Assembly: GCA_951406725.2 (NCBI GenBank)
Contig: OX597816.1
Span: 30,628,001-30,692,000, forward strand
Length of the DNA stretch: 64,000 bases
Source of the DNA: Octopus vulgaris
Lineage: Eukaryota
Reading direction: 5' to 3'
A program made the translations under genes and the position numbers. Each line of letters opens with the position of its first letter. The stretch's first letter is position 1. Below the pieces are notes generated by a model. That model was not told where the DNA came from, made no database searches, and saw only the letters and a program-made list of their open reading frames with translations. Below, one piece after another: positions 40,236 to 54,465 of the stretch.

Positions 40236-40466
40236 GAGGAAATTATATTCTACTTTTAAAAACAAGGAGTGACACCCTTCACCCTTTTTACCTGTGTGAT
40301 TTTTTGTTACCCTGGTAACTATTTATCTATTTTCCCCTGTTAACTATTAACAAGGGAAAAATACACACATCTATGTATAGATGTATGTATGTATCTCTCT
40401 CTCTCTCTTTCTCTCTCTCTATATATATATATATACATACATACATACATGCATACATAAATAATG

Positions 40467-40542
<76 letters not shown>

Positions 40543-40605
40543 AGGAAAAGAAAATGATATATATTCATCAATTTATTTGAACAAATTATATTCAGTATAA
40601 CACCA

Positions 40606-40730
40606 AATTTCTACACCTACAGCTGTTTCTATACCCAATTTTTTCAATTTGAGGAATTAAATTAAATGAAATTAATGTCTATTTTCATACTAAATATCGT
40701 AAATAGAGTATCACGTCAGGGGAGAGAATT
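40606..40730 (-). ncRNA. Degenerate hammerhead motif with large stem II
   Basis: Minus strand ctccc-CTGACGT-gatactc..~70 nt..gggtata-GAAA-cagctg-TA-gg; A9 mutated; palindromic stem III. Confidence 0.55.
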
Positions 40731-40974
40731 TGATAGGAAGAAGCTACGTTCTAACATGTATGTTGACCTCTGATAGACTCAGATATGTTTTAGCAGTAGG
40801 TGTATTTAAAAAAACATTACTATTCTTATGTATTTGTGCGTGTGTGTGTGTTAAAGTGTTGAAGCTACGAACAGAAGATGAATGAAAACCGCTTACTAAT
40901 TACCACAGTTGAATATTACGTCATCAATATTAGTGAACAATAGTGAGAAAAGAAATGAACTAATCGAAGAAAAC

Positions 40975-41036
<62 letters not shown>

Positions 41037-41038
<2 letters not shown>

Positions 41039-41280
41039 GTCCTGTTATCTATTGTTTCGCTGTTTAAGAAAAATATCCATTTCCTTGGTTTTGTGTTTAT
41101 GTTTTCGTTTCTCATTGTGTTCGACGTTTTTTTTGTGTCCTGTACCCATATATGCATGCATATATACATGTAGATGTAGGCACGTACATATATGTATGTA
41201 TATATGCATATGTTTTATTTATTAATTTGTTATTATATGACGGAACGCACGCATCCATTTCTAAGTAAGTTTGTTCTTAA
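41037..41280. mobile_element. Short module in (TA)n, same family as 52745-53050 (probable PLE end)
   Basis: Shares TACATGTAGATGTAGG(C/T)ACGTACATATATGT...TTTTATTTAT with the 52.8-kb module. Confidence 0.6.
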
Positions 41281-41286
41281 TCTATA

Positions 41287-41358
<72 letters not shown>

Positions 41359-42021
41359 TAATTACATCAAGAACATCAAATACTCTTAAAAGGATAATAT
41401 CATCCAAGTTACACGGATTTTCTTTTGTGTTTGGTCAGTAAATTTTAGTTTCTATTTTATTCTATCAAGAAATCAAAGGAAATTACTACCATTTCCTACA
41501 AATATTGCTTTTGTGACCTGGACATCAATGTTTTGAAACTGATCTATTTTCCATTACATTTCCCATACGACAGTTTTGCTTGTCAGTTGCTTGGCCTTAA
41601 CCACCTGAGCATGTCCCTAAATGGTTGGCAATATGTGTATGTCAGCTGATGAGCAAGAGTAGTTGGGGAGCATCATAACCATGTGTTGAGGAGGATACTT
41701 TGGGGTTTTGAACAATTATAACAAAAGCAGAGTTTGAAGGAAATATTAGCTATTTTCATACTTTCTAGGGGTAAGCAACTAAGAAATAAGTGCAAATACT
41801 GATGAGCCGTAAGAATATGTGTTTAGTGTCTAGTAGTGTTAAGGTACTCTATGCAATTTAATATTTCGGTATGTAGGGTATATCAGTAAATCATGAAGCC
41901 ATTTGGGCAATATGCGTGTTGTACTTTGCAGTATCTACTGTAGGTTTCGTATACGACTATATTCTGTGGTTACTCTACGTCACATGCGCAAAATACCAAG
42001 AAGTTATTGTATTATATATTA

Positions 42022-42332
42022 ATATCACCGTGATCACTGTGACCGACCAGGCTATCAGAGGTTGCTACACATCGCTGGTCACAATGCACTTCGCATTGTT
42101 TTAGCCTTCAAATGACGCCACCCTGCTGGCTAAGCGAGCAGGCCAACAGAAGAAAGAGTGGAAGTTGTGGCCAAAGAGTACAGCAGGGAACGCCACCACC
42201 CCATGCCGGAGTCTCGTGGAGCTCTAAGTGTTTTCGCTCAATAAACACTCACAACGACCGGTCAGGGAATCGAAATCGCGATCTTACGACCACGAGTCCG
42301 CTGCCCTAACCACTGGGCCATTGCGCCTCCAC
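42022..42332 (-). mobile_element. SINE with family A head and RTE-derived tail
   Basis: 42160-42332 matches the family A head; 42024-42085 aligns with the RTE 3' end at 27041-27105. Confidence 0.88.
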
Positions 42333-42359
42333 ATTTATTAATATATATATATATCCGTA

Positions 42360-43170
42360 GAAGGTAGTAGTTTTTAGATAGATCATTCATTTCGTTTAGG
42401 AGCATATTGACACACTTCCATTACAGCAAATTGGTGATATAAAATGGGAGATATAAAATATTTAATTGTTTGTTTCTTCTTACCTTTCTTATATTTCTTA
42501 GCTAATTGATGTGCGTTTTATTTTTCTCCATTTATTAGCCATTCATCCCTTTTTAGAATTTCTATGCTCATTCCTGCTTGCAATTGTTCATTGTGGGAGT
42601 GTTACCATACTCGTTGTACACACACACACACACACACACATACACACAGACACACACACACAGACACACACACACACAGACACACACATGTATGTATATA
42701 TGTACGTATATATGTATATTGACTTCCTTCAAGACAGAAAACTGTTTGCTGTTTTGTGTTGATTTTGTAGCTATTTATATTAGTTTGACAATATTCTTTA
42801 CTACACATGATTGCAGGCTGATAATAGATATTTCCAGATCATTTTTAAGAGCTCTTGCTGCATGTATTCATGGTAAATATAATCTTCTCGCATCGGATTT
42901 TGGATGGTGTATTCTAAATGCAGTCGTGTATTTTTATATTTTTCTGCCAAGTCTGGCATATGATGTTTCCAGTTTTGAATATCATAACGATAATTCATTC
43001 CAGCTGAAGTGTGAATGCTTCTTGCTTCATTTCTGACAGTTAGTTAAGTTCCAAAATTTAATCTTATAAGAATTCCATTTCAATGCTTGTTTTATTTGTG
43101 TGCCTTGTTCAGAAGTTTTTAAGTATTTATAAGTCTGTGTTTGCCTTCGATAAACATTGTTCCTGTACTA
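42360..43170 (-). mobile_element. R4/Dong-like LINE RT fragment, decayed
   Basis: Minus strand TYKYLK.. and RIHHPKSDARRLYLP*IHAARAL, matching the YKYLG and HPKSDxxRLYLPRxxGGRGL motifs. Confidence 0.75.
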
Positions 43171-44123
43171 AAAATTAATATTCTCTCGACTCTGGGCTCC
43201 ATATTTCTTCTAGTGAGTGTGAGACAGTATGTCTAACGTCCTTTTAAGTTTCGAGTTCAAATTCATGTACGAGTTGAAGGACATATAAAATGCTATTTTT
43301 AAAGATGAATCAGCTACAAAAAGGCAGGCTCGCAGAAGAATGTTTTTGTTGTTCCTGCTGTTGCTAGTTTAAGGCCAGTTAAACAAAGTATATTTGACCA
43401 ATGGCACTTATGACTGTCTTGTAACTCGTCAGGCAGCATTCTATATTTAATTATTTAATGTATCTGTATAAACTTTGAAAAATAGCAATATCGCTGGTAC
43501 TTCTAGCAGATTCATTGCCAACACTCGAAAGACAAAGATATAGTTAATTTGATCCAGTCTCCTATAACTGTTTCCTAATAATTTATAGTTTATGGGTATC
43601 TAGAACTAATGGACTGATATAAATACTAGTGTAGGATGAAAAATTGGTAAAATCATGAGCAAAATGGCGGTGGATTTCTAAACATAGGAGAAGGATAAGG
43701 GAAATGTTTGGCAGATTTAATTACGGCAATATACGTTATGGTCTCATGTCTCTCCAAAGTTGACTTAGCATTTGATCTCCGGTAACTGAATGTAGCAGAG
43801 TCTGAAGAAGAATGTCAGGCCTTGTGCTTACTTATTTGTCTTTGTCTATATATATATTCACATTGATTCCATCAACTAAATAGAGGAAGAATTCGAGAAT
43901 GATGGAATAAAACATGCACAAAACAATTGTTATCAGAAATTGATATTTCAAAATTTACTGACCTCGTGTAGTAGCAAGGGTTTGAGAAGAGAGAAGAAAG
44001 TGAAAGAAAGAGAGAGAGAGAGGGGAGGGGGGAGAGTGAGAAAGAAAGTGAAAATAAGCAAATATTTCAACAGAGGGAGGAAAATGTGATCACTACACAC
44101 ACACACACACACACACACACATA

Positions 44124-44161
<38 letters not shown>

Positions 44162-44186
44162 ATGTATATATATTATATATATATAT

Positions 44187-44273
<87 letters not shown>

Positions 44274-44283
44274 CCACGCATAC

Positions 44284-44404
<121 letters not shown>

Positions 44405-44706
44405 ACATCATTATTTTTGTGAACACATGGCCGTTTTCTAATTTCCGTTCAAAATATTGTTTGTTATTCTCCCTTGACTAGACAAAGTGTCCGAAGGGTA
44501 TTTTACCAGAAGTAGAATGGAAAGGGTGTCCTTGATGCCTTTTATAACCACATTAATGGTGTTAACATAATGAAATAGTTTCAGTAGGAGATATAAACCA
44601 CAGCTCATAGAATGCATTGCAGCTCAGCTATTATATAAGATTTTATAGTACATATACTTGCAAGTAATATTTACTACGTGTGCATTAGCACGAATTATAT
44701 GATATA

Positions 44707-45914
44707 TAGAGTGTGTAAGACAGATTTATGTTTATATAAAGAAAAACAAAACAGATATATGATAGCAGATAACTTTATTTATCAAAAAATGCAATGAGGA
44801 TAAAGATAAACCCTCTTTTCTAGAATGTTATTCAGTAAAGCCACCTTCAGCTTCAACAACTGCTTCTATATGAGATCTAAATCATCTATATGCTCGAATC
44901 AAGTGGTCCTTGTTCATTTTGGACATTACTCTGATTGTGGCAGCTTTCAAAGTATCTTTAGTTTTATGGGCGTGTTCCTTGACCTCTCTTTCAACAACGA
45001 TCCACATGAAATAGTCCAATGGATTGAGATCTGAGGAATTAGGAGGCCAAATGTTTTCAGCCATCAATTCCTGTGTTACTAGAGCCATGTGTGATAATGC
45101 AGAGTCTTACTGAAACATGTATGGCTTTCCATTGCGTACACTGCCTATCCAGGACTTAGTAATTGTTTCCAGGACCTCGATGTAGGCGGCAGAGTTAACT
45201 CGAAGAAAGGAGACATCACATGTCCTTCATTGCTGATAATCCCTAAAACTATGAGAGTTGCAGGAAATTGTTTATGCATAACACTTAGAACTTGAGAATG
45301 GTCTGCACATGATCTGTCATTTCTGCATATAACTTTTTGATCTTGGTCGAAATCTTTCTCCTTTGAGAAAAACCAAATCAAATTTCCTTCTGCTGGATTT
45401 TTCAGTTTGTTTAAGAGCCTTTTAGATCTGATTTAATGATTTTCTTTAGCTTATTCTGACAAATTGACCTTTCCTCATCATATGTGGCTTACATCTGATG
45501 TCTTTGTGGACAACATTTCTGACTGTTCCTTTCGACACATGGAGATCTTTTGCCACTGACCTTATGGAATTTCTGGGATTATAATCAATGGTCTGTTGAA
45601 CTTGCTGGATAAATTCAAGTGTTCTGATGATTTTAGAGCCTTTAGATGCTTTGATGCTCGTGATACGCTTCCATCTTCAATCTCTAACTCCTTACAAACT
45701 TTGTAGACGAAAGATCTGGCAACTTTTAAAAATCGAGATATTTCTAAATCGCTTTGCTCAGCCTTTAAAACAATAGCAGCATGCCTCTTCATTTTTTGGT
45801 TAAGCTGATGGTCTGCCATTATCATTTTATGAAACAAAGATTATACAGTGTTAGCATAAAAAATACAGCAATGACCTCAAAAAAGGTATGCCCTCAAATA
45901 CCTTACACACCTTG
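44707..45914 (-). mobile_element. Tc1-like DNA transposon, near full length, decayed
   Basis: WPPNSSDLNPLDYFMW, WFFSKEKDF and an N-terminal HTH; TIR remnants (T/C)A.(A/G)GTGTGTAAG at both ends flanked by TA. Confidence 0.92.
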
Positions 45915-46176
45915 TATTGATACAAGATTACTGGCACATGCTTTATGAAACATACATGCGCGGATATTCACGCAAACACACTGTCACGGGCACAAACACA
46001 CACTCGTGTATGTACATATTTATGTGTTATTATTTGTGTTCTCGTGTTAACAGCTTTTCAAATTCTTAGAACAGAGCTTTTACATTATTCCTTTCGGCTC
46101 CCCAAGTTTAATCTTGCCTATCACAAACATTTACTGCCTTTTATAACCAAATGCTTCCAGTCATTCCTCATCAGAA

Positions 46177-47496
46177 GAAGCGGGCACCCAAAAGAAACCA
46201 GAGGCTTTCAATATTATTTTATTCACTTAGCCTTAAATATGTATGCTTTTAGTGCCTTCAAAGTATTCCCCATTTGAAGTAATTCATCGTTCTAGACGCA
46301 TTTTGCACTGTTCGAAGTAGTGCTGGAACTCTTGCGAAGTGATGCTTTTAACACCTCCGACGCTATTTTGTTCACCTCTTCCACATCTGCAAAATGTCTT
46401 CTTTTAAGGACTTTCTTCATTCGAGGGAACACAAAAAAAAACTTGCAGGGAAGAAGATCGGGTTAATAGGAAAGGTGGGTAAACGGAGTCATGGCCATTT
46501 TGGTCTGACACTCAAGGTGGTGTGTAAAGGTACATTGCTGTTATAGAACCATCACTCTACACTGTGCCACTTTGACACTCTCACCGTGCCTCGCAGGCGC
46601 TTCAGAACACCTAAATAAAACGTCTGGTTAACAGTTTGACCAGGAAGGACAAAAAGCGTGTGGACAGTTCGTTTCTCAACGATGAAACAAATCAGCATCA
46701 TCCAGACTTTCGACTTCACTTGGCGCACGTTTTGTGGGTGTGGTGGCATTGGATGCTTCCATTGACTCGATTGCTGCTTCATTTGCGGGTCGTAGCCGTA
46801 GCACCAACTTTTTCCACCAGTGATGACACGCGAAAAAAAAGAAATTAGATACATTTCCAACTGTTCATTCAGTTCCCGACACGCATTCAGTCGTGACTAC
46901 TTTTGATCTTCCATGAACAAGCGAGGTACAAATTTTGCTGTAACTCTTTTCATTTGCAATTCCTCTCTCAAAGTTCGTTGGCAGGAGCTCCAGGACACGC
47001 CAGTCATATCAACAAGTTCACCAGTTGTTCGGCGACGGTCCTCTAAGTTCTGTTCATAAATTTTCGTGATCTTTTCATTCGTTCGGTAGGTCGACGTTGG
47101 CCTTGAACGGGGTTAGTCTTCAAGCGACAAGTGACTATCCCTAAAGAGTGAAAAAAACTCGTAAACTTGTGTTTTGTTCATGGCAGCGGTCTTGTTAGCC
47201 GTTTGAAGCATGAGAACTGTTTCAACTGCCTTCTTCCCCGGCAGAAAACAGAATTTCACGGAATCACGCCGTTCTTTTGTTTCAGCCATCACAAAAATCG
47301 ACGAACAGGAAAGAAGCACTCCAAAACAAAGACACACAACGTGGCAGTACGACTTCATATGACGATGCCGGACGAGAAATTCGTCACCAGTCGGCAGACT
47401 GATGTCTGAGGGTCGCATCAAGTGGCTTCTAGGAGAGGAAGCCCGAACAAGAACGGTCTTAAACCCCAGAGAAGGATTCCTTTTGGGTACCCCCTC
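46177..47496 (-). mobile_element. Mariner transposon, near full length, decayed
   Basis: ERRDSVKFCF..KTQVYEFFSLFR (HTH) and RVITGGKSWCYGYDPQMKQQSSQWK..PGQTVNQTFYLGVLKRLR; TIR CGAGGGGTACCCAAAAG with a degenerate partner near 46180. Confidence 0.93.
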
Positions 47497-48378
47497 GTAT
47501 AACCAGTTGAGTGCATTTGATTGGTTATGAACTGTTAATGAGTGGTAGAAACTGCTCAGTTCTCTCCGGTCTTGCGTGCCTGCATTTACCATGCAATATA
47601 AAGGCTCTAGTCGTAGTATGTTAAAACAGTTCAAGTACCTGATTATACGTACTGTGCGTCTGGGGCGAATACAGAAAGAGAAGCAGAGAAGACCACACCC
47701 TGATTCTGGAATTTCAAGGAGATTTCAAAGTCGAATCCGTTTCAGCAAGGTACTTCTAATAAAAAAATATGAGTTCACGATTTCTAATTTGTTGTAGGCG
47801 AATCTGTGTTTGTGTGTGTGTGTGTGCATGCATGTTTATGAATACACACATAAATACACATACACATACACACACACATATATATATTTATATATTCATA
47901 TGCATGTATGCATCTATACACGCATTCATAAATGTATGTAGACAAATAGAAAGTCAGATAAGATATAAATTCATACATATTTATGAATAACCAGATTATC
48001 CGTTGTAAACAGCAAGTTTCACCATAATAGGACCTTTACATAGACACAAATACAAACACACTCATATGTGAGTGTGCACGAGCGACTATGTGCTAAGAGA
48101 GGGATAGAAAGGGATAGAAAGATAGATAGAGAGTAAGAGGAAGAGAGAGAGAGAGAGAGACAGAGAGAGAGAGAGAGACAGAGAGAGAGGGAGTGAGAAA
48201 AATAATGGGGGAAGAGATCAATATTAAACGTCGCATATCTTAAAAATATATTCGTATTCTCGCATGAAATGTTTAACATGTATCACCTATTTCCACAGAA
48301 TAACAATCAGGAAGTATATAAATGATTAGTTTCTTAAGAGGTCTTTGAATGTAACTCTCTAGAACCAAGAAAAAAAAT

Positions 48379-48454
<76 letters not shown>

Positions 48455-48459
48455 CATAC

Positions 48460-48493
<34 letters not shown>

Positions 48494-48543
48494 GCATGTA
48501 TATATGTATATATATACGTGAGTATATATTTATATGTATATAT

Positions 48544-48601
<58 letters not shown>

Positions 48602-48698
48602 TGTGTGTGTAGGTATAAATATATATGTGTAGTTATATATGTACACAAACACACATTCATACACACACACACACACACACATATATTTATTAATATTA

Positions 48699-48747
48699 AT
48701 GATGATGATGACGACGACGTTGCTGCTGCTGATGTTGATGATAATGT

Positions 48748-48829
<82 letters not shown>
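48699..48829. repeat. (GAT)n tract
   Basis: Direct observation. Confidence 0.95.
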
Positions 48830-49592
48830 AAAGGTAGTAACAATAACAATAAAAAAAGAGTAATAACCAGGGTAATAGACATGTGAAAAAGAACATGGAA
48901 GTTTTAGTTAATTAGAAATAAATCATTGGTGATACAATTTCGATATTCTTCACATTCTTTGGAGTAGAAAAATTACAGACATACATAAATAAAAACAGAA
49001 AAATAAACACACACAAACAAAATAAAGAAAAAAAAAACAAATCGATACTACAATATCATGCGATACATTTTTTTTTTGTTCTTTCTTATTTGCCAACGTC
49101 TGCAATTTCGATGTACAAATCAATGATATCTTGGTGTTTCTTCTGTTTTCCATTTGATTGATTGTATAGGGTCAAATACCTGCCTATTCTGCTTCATTGA
49201 GCACAGTTAAAGTTATAGAGCGCTCAACAACAAAAATGGCGTTGGCGCTGTGACCTGTTCTTTCCTTTTATCCGTGTTTATAAGTTCTGAAGCGATTCAA
49301 GACGAATTTATCGTTATATATTATTTTATTTCTGTTAATGCTTCCTAATGTAGCTACCCTCCAGTTTATCGTTTCATATATTCTGTTTATACTTTGTTAT
49401 GCAGTTCAAGATAAAGTTATTGTTTTATTGTCATAATATCCATATAATCTAGTTTCAATTTATCATTTATATTGTCACATTGTTGTGTTCCTGTATCATT
49501 TCATAGTAAGTATACACACGTGCGCGCACACGCACACACATATATATATGCATACATATATATATATATATATATACATTCATAAATATATA

Positions 49593-49726
<134 letters not shown>

Positions 49727-49784
49727 TATATATATGAGAAAATGATAAGAGAAAGGGATAAATCATTTTCTGATGAACATCAAT

Positions 49785-49863
49785 AGCTTACAGCTGTTTC
49801 TGCTATAACTTGCATTGAACTCATTTGAGTGCCTGAGTAACACCTTATTGCTTCATCGGAGCC
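49785..49863 (-). ncRNA. Degenerate hammerhead motif with large stem II
   Basis: Minus strand ggct-CCGATGA-agcaataa..ttatagca-GAAA-cagctg-TA-agct; adjacent to (TA)n. Confidence 0.55.
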
Positions 49864-50722
49864 TCAAACATAAAGGGTCATTTAAAACAATTACATTCAT
49901 GCAAATACACAGAAAAAAACATTATCTATGAGAAATCATACACCCATGTGGTGGATGAAATCCAGGAGCTCCTCCCATAATTAGTATAAGATTAATTTTA
50001 AAATGTGTATAAAGATAGGTATACACTGTTATAGATAAACAGTAATTAGATCAACCAGTAAAAAAATCTCTATAGACGCCCAAAGTATACACATACACAC
50101 ACATAACACGCACATACACATATATATGTACACGTAAATATATAGACATCCAGAGAGACATGCATGCTTACACACACACACACACACACACATACACACA
50201 CACGCATATACAAATGCGGAGATATAGAGAAATGTACGTATATAGCTACTTGAAAGAAAGGTTATTAGCTGTGGGAGTACGCACATTTATTTATTTACTT
50301 ATTTAGAGAAATAGAAATGGGACAAAATCAGGCAAAATGGAGGGAGAAGGATCAGATTCCCGAGCAGAAAATAAGAGATAGACAAACATGCCAGGTAGTT
50401 AAAGTTAGAGGTGATTTAGTGAATAGTGGGATTCTAGTGTAGTGTATAGATTTAGTGAATCATATTTCGAAAAGCTTGATTATGTTATTACTTAGATTCG
50501 TTTATAAGTGAGAATAGATGTTCTAAGAATCTTAAGTTCTAATAGGTCAACAATTTCGAGTTACGTCCATGACAATTTGACAAGTGCCAAGCAGGAAACT
50601 CTAAACACTTGAGTCACTTTGCAACTTTTTCCAGACAGTGGCGGTGCTCTAGCATAGGCTGAAGCTTATAAATGATTTTGGATTCATTTTGCTGTTTGCA
50701 TTACTAAAACTCCATACATGTA

Positions 50723-50883
50723 GGCGTAGGAGTGGCTGAGTGGTAAGTAGCTTGCTTACCAACCACATGGTTTTGGGTTCAGTCCCACTGCATGACACCT
50801 TGTGCAAGTGTCTTCTACTATAGCCTCGGGTCGACCGAAGCATTATGAGTGGATCTGTTAGACGGAAACTAAAAGAAGCCCGT

Positions 50884-50918
<35 letters not shown>

Positions 50919-51160
50919 ATATGTGTGTGTGTGTGTGTGTGTACGAGTGTGTATATGTTTGTGCGTCTATGTTTGTCTCCCCAACATCGCTTGACAACAG
51001 ATGCTTGTGTGTTTACCTCCCCGTAACTTAGCGGTTCAGCAAAAGAGACCGATAGAATAAGTACTAGGCTTACAAAGAATAAGTCTTGGGGTCGATTTGC
51101 TCGACTAAAAGGCGGTGCTCCAGCATGGCCACAATCGAATGATTGAAGCAAGTAAAAGAG
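50723..51160 (+). mobile_element. SINE family B, full length
   Basis: Head, central microsatellite and tail all present. Confidence 0.93.
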
Positions 51161-51410
51161 TATATAACACTGTATATGCATGCAAAAAATGACTGCATCT
51201 TTCTATATGACGTATTTGAATATGTCTGTGCTTTGACACGGTTATACTTGCTTCTTCATAATTCACCTGTGTAACCTTTGTCTCGCATGCTTGTAATCAG
51301 TCTTTGTCTTTTGTTTCAGAATATTCTGTGTCATAAGTTTCCGCATCGTATCACAGGTTTATACGAAAATGCATTCATCCATTCATTCATTCATTCTTTC
51401 ATTCATTCAC

Positions 51411-51524
51411 TCTTCTTCTTCTTCTTCTTCTTCTTCTTCTTCTTCTTCTTCTTCTTCTTCTTCTTCTTCTTCTTCTTCTTCTTCTTCTTCTTCTTCTTCT
51501 TCTTCTTCTTCTTCTTCTTCTTCT
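51411..51524. repeat. (TTC)n pure tract
   Basis: Direct observation. Confidence 0.95.
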
Positions 51525-51970
51525 TTGCTCCTTTTAATCCTTATTGCTCTTGTCGGTCTCTTTGTCGTCGTCATCGTCGATGTCGTCCTTCTCCTCCTCT
51601 CCTCTCTTTCCCCTCCCCCTCCCCTTCTCCTTCTCCTTAACCACCACCACCACCACCACCACCACCACCACCACCAGTAACAGCAGCATCAGCATTTTTA
51701 TATATATCATTCTCTAGTTATTTCTTTTTTTTTTTCCCACCTCTATCTCTTTTCCGCAATATCCAAGTAACGTCGGCCATGTTTAGACAATCGAATTCTC
51801 TAACTCTGAATGAATGATTCATTAAGTACTTCCTACTCTATCGATTTCACTTTTACTGTCGTCTACTAATACACACACACGAATCATTATACTATGAAAC
51901 TAACTGTTACACTACACTAGTCAGAGCATTTAGATGCAGAACATTGATTGATTATTTCGTTACTTAACCT

Positions 51971-52024
<54 letters not shown>

Positions 52025-52560
52025 ATAGAGATACGGCCAAATGTTACAGTGACATTTTTACAATGAACTTTGTCACGCCTCTCTTTCTCTTTGTCTTTCC
52101 TTCAATTTTTTTCTTTCCGTGTCTCGCTTCGTCTCTGTCTTTGAATTTCTCATTCCCTGTCTTTACCATTCTCGGTCTTTCAAATGCACAGGTATCTCGT
52201 AACAGCGTATGATCATCTACCGTCATCTACTATCAGGTTGCTGAACCTGATCGGAATAGTAACCAAATTTGTTAATTGAAAATTTGCTTCTGTGATCTAC
52301 GAAAGAGCATGTTGGATATTTTAGTTCCAGTTAAGCTATGCCTTAACGATGAGAATGAGGTGGATTTTGCAGGTATGTATTGGATCACATCTCTGCTAGG
52401 TCAGCTGAAAAGAGTGAGCAACAACATCATTAACTTGTTAAGTAAGCTTTTTACCATACGCTATTGTTGACTACGAAGACGTATGAATTTATTGTGTTAT
52501 AATTATATTATTTCCCAAGATTTAAAAAATCGTTCAAATAATTTAGTACATATATTCATA

Positions 52561-53049
52561 GGCGTAGGAGTGGCTGTGTGGTAAGTAGCTTGCTTACCAA
52601 CCACATGGTTCCGGGTTCAGTCCCACTGCGTGGCACCTTGGGCAAGTGTCTTCTACTATAGCCTCGGGCCGACCAAAGCCTTGTGAGTGGATTTGTTAGA
52701 CGGAAACTGAAAGAAGCCCGTCGTATATATGTATATATATATATGTGTGATAAATAAAAATATATGCATACATACAAACATATATGTACGTACCTACATC
52801 TACATGTATATATACATGCATATATAAATATGTGCATGTATATATATATGTAGATGTAGGTACGTACATATATGTTTGTATGTATGCATATATTTTTGTG
52901 CATGTATATATACATGTAGATGTAGGTACGTACATATATGTTTGTATGTATGCATATATTTTTTATTTATCAGATTATTGTCTGACAGCGCCTCGCGTCA
53001 GGTTCGTTTCGATTTGATGGCTTGTTCCACTTCTTGCCCATTTAATTTT

Positions 53050-53101
<52 letters not shown>

Positions 53102-53343
53102 CATATATATATGTGTGTGTGTGTGTGTGTGTATGTATGTTTGTGTGTCTATGTTTGTCCCCCTCAAATCGCTTGACAACCGATGCTGGTGTGTTTACGT
53201 CCCCGAAACTTAGCGGTTCGGCAAAAGAGACCGATAGAATAAGTACTAGGCTTACAAAGGATAAGTCCTGGAGTCGATTTGCTCGACTAAAGACGGTGCT
53301 CCAGCATGGCCACAGTCAAAATGACTGAAACAAGTAAAAGAGT
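52561..53343 (+). mobile_element. SINE family B with an inverted-plus-tandem module in its central microsatellite
   Basis: Head 52561-52725, insert about 52745-53050, tail 53135-53343. Confidence 0.92.
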
Positions 53344-53442
53344 AACATAGTATATTGAATATTGAAACAGATTTTAAAACATCTGTTTCAATAGCTCTAT
53401 AGATATCTTTAAATATTTTGATGACTTAAATAGCTATCTTAA

Positions 53443-53651
53443 TACTCTTTTACTTGTTTCAGTCATTTGACTGCGGCCATGCTGGAGCACCGCCTTTAGT
53501 CGATCAAATCGACCCCAGGACTTATCCTTTGTAAGCCCAGTACTTATTCTATCGGTCTCTTTTGCCGAACCGCTAAGTAACGGGGACGTAAACACACCAG
53601 CATCGGTTGTCAAGCGATGCTGGGGGGACAAACACAGACACACAAACACAC

Positions 53652-53682
<31 letters not shown>

Positions 53683-53853
53683 CATATATACGCTAGGCTT
53701 CTTTCAGTTTCCGTCTACCAAATCCACTCACAAGGCATTGGTCGGTCCGAGGCTATAGCAGAAGACATTTGCCCAAGATGCCACGCAGTGAGGCTGAACC
53801 CGGAACCATGTGGTTGGTTAGCAAGCTACTTACCACACAGCCACTCCTGCGCC
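53443..53853 (-). mobile_element. SINE family B, full length
   Basis: Reverse complement of family B; tail-to-tail with the preceding copy. Confidence 0.93.
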
Positions 53854-54465
53854 TATTTTAACATCTGTTTAAATAACTGCTTTAAATATCATTAAACATC
53901 ACCTTAAATTTTTGACTTAATTTTATGTTTAATCATCGTTTTAACTACTAATATCCTTTTTACTCCGTTGTATCTATTTTAATAACGTGACAGATTTTAT
54001 ATAACTGAACTAACTGAAGAAATTCTACATTTATAATAAATTAAATATTTCTACTTGAATCTATTACGACTGAATTAATTTAATCCTACTGTGCAAAGGA
54101 GTTGTTGTTTCTTCATCCAGTTAATCTGGTTATGAGAGAAATCTGCGAATCTATCTCGTCAGATTTAACACTAACAAGATTAGTATTAATGGAAGCTGGC
54201 AATTAAAGCAATGTATTTGAACAGCTGCAGTTACCAAGCTATTTAATCAGGCAACAAGACTCTAGGTGGGACTTCAAGGAAATTTGACGGCTACTTTTGT
54301 CAGGTGTAGCAAACTATTTAAGGCTCTCTCATTGGTTTATAGCAAAGAGCTATCACTGCGCTAGTTTGTCGTGCAATATAGTGCAGTATTAAGTACTATA
54401 TTCTGGGTTCACAATGAAGAAGAAATTGTAGCATATAGCATAATGTAATGTATTACACGTGTGGA

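Noticed and set aside
47640-47750. Exon-like segment ending AAG|GTACTT
   Set aside because: No good acceptor on the plus strand; the minus-strand version has stops in all frames.
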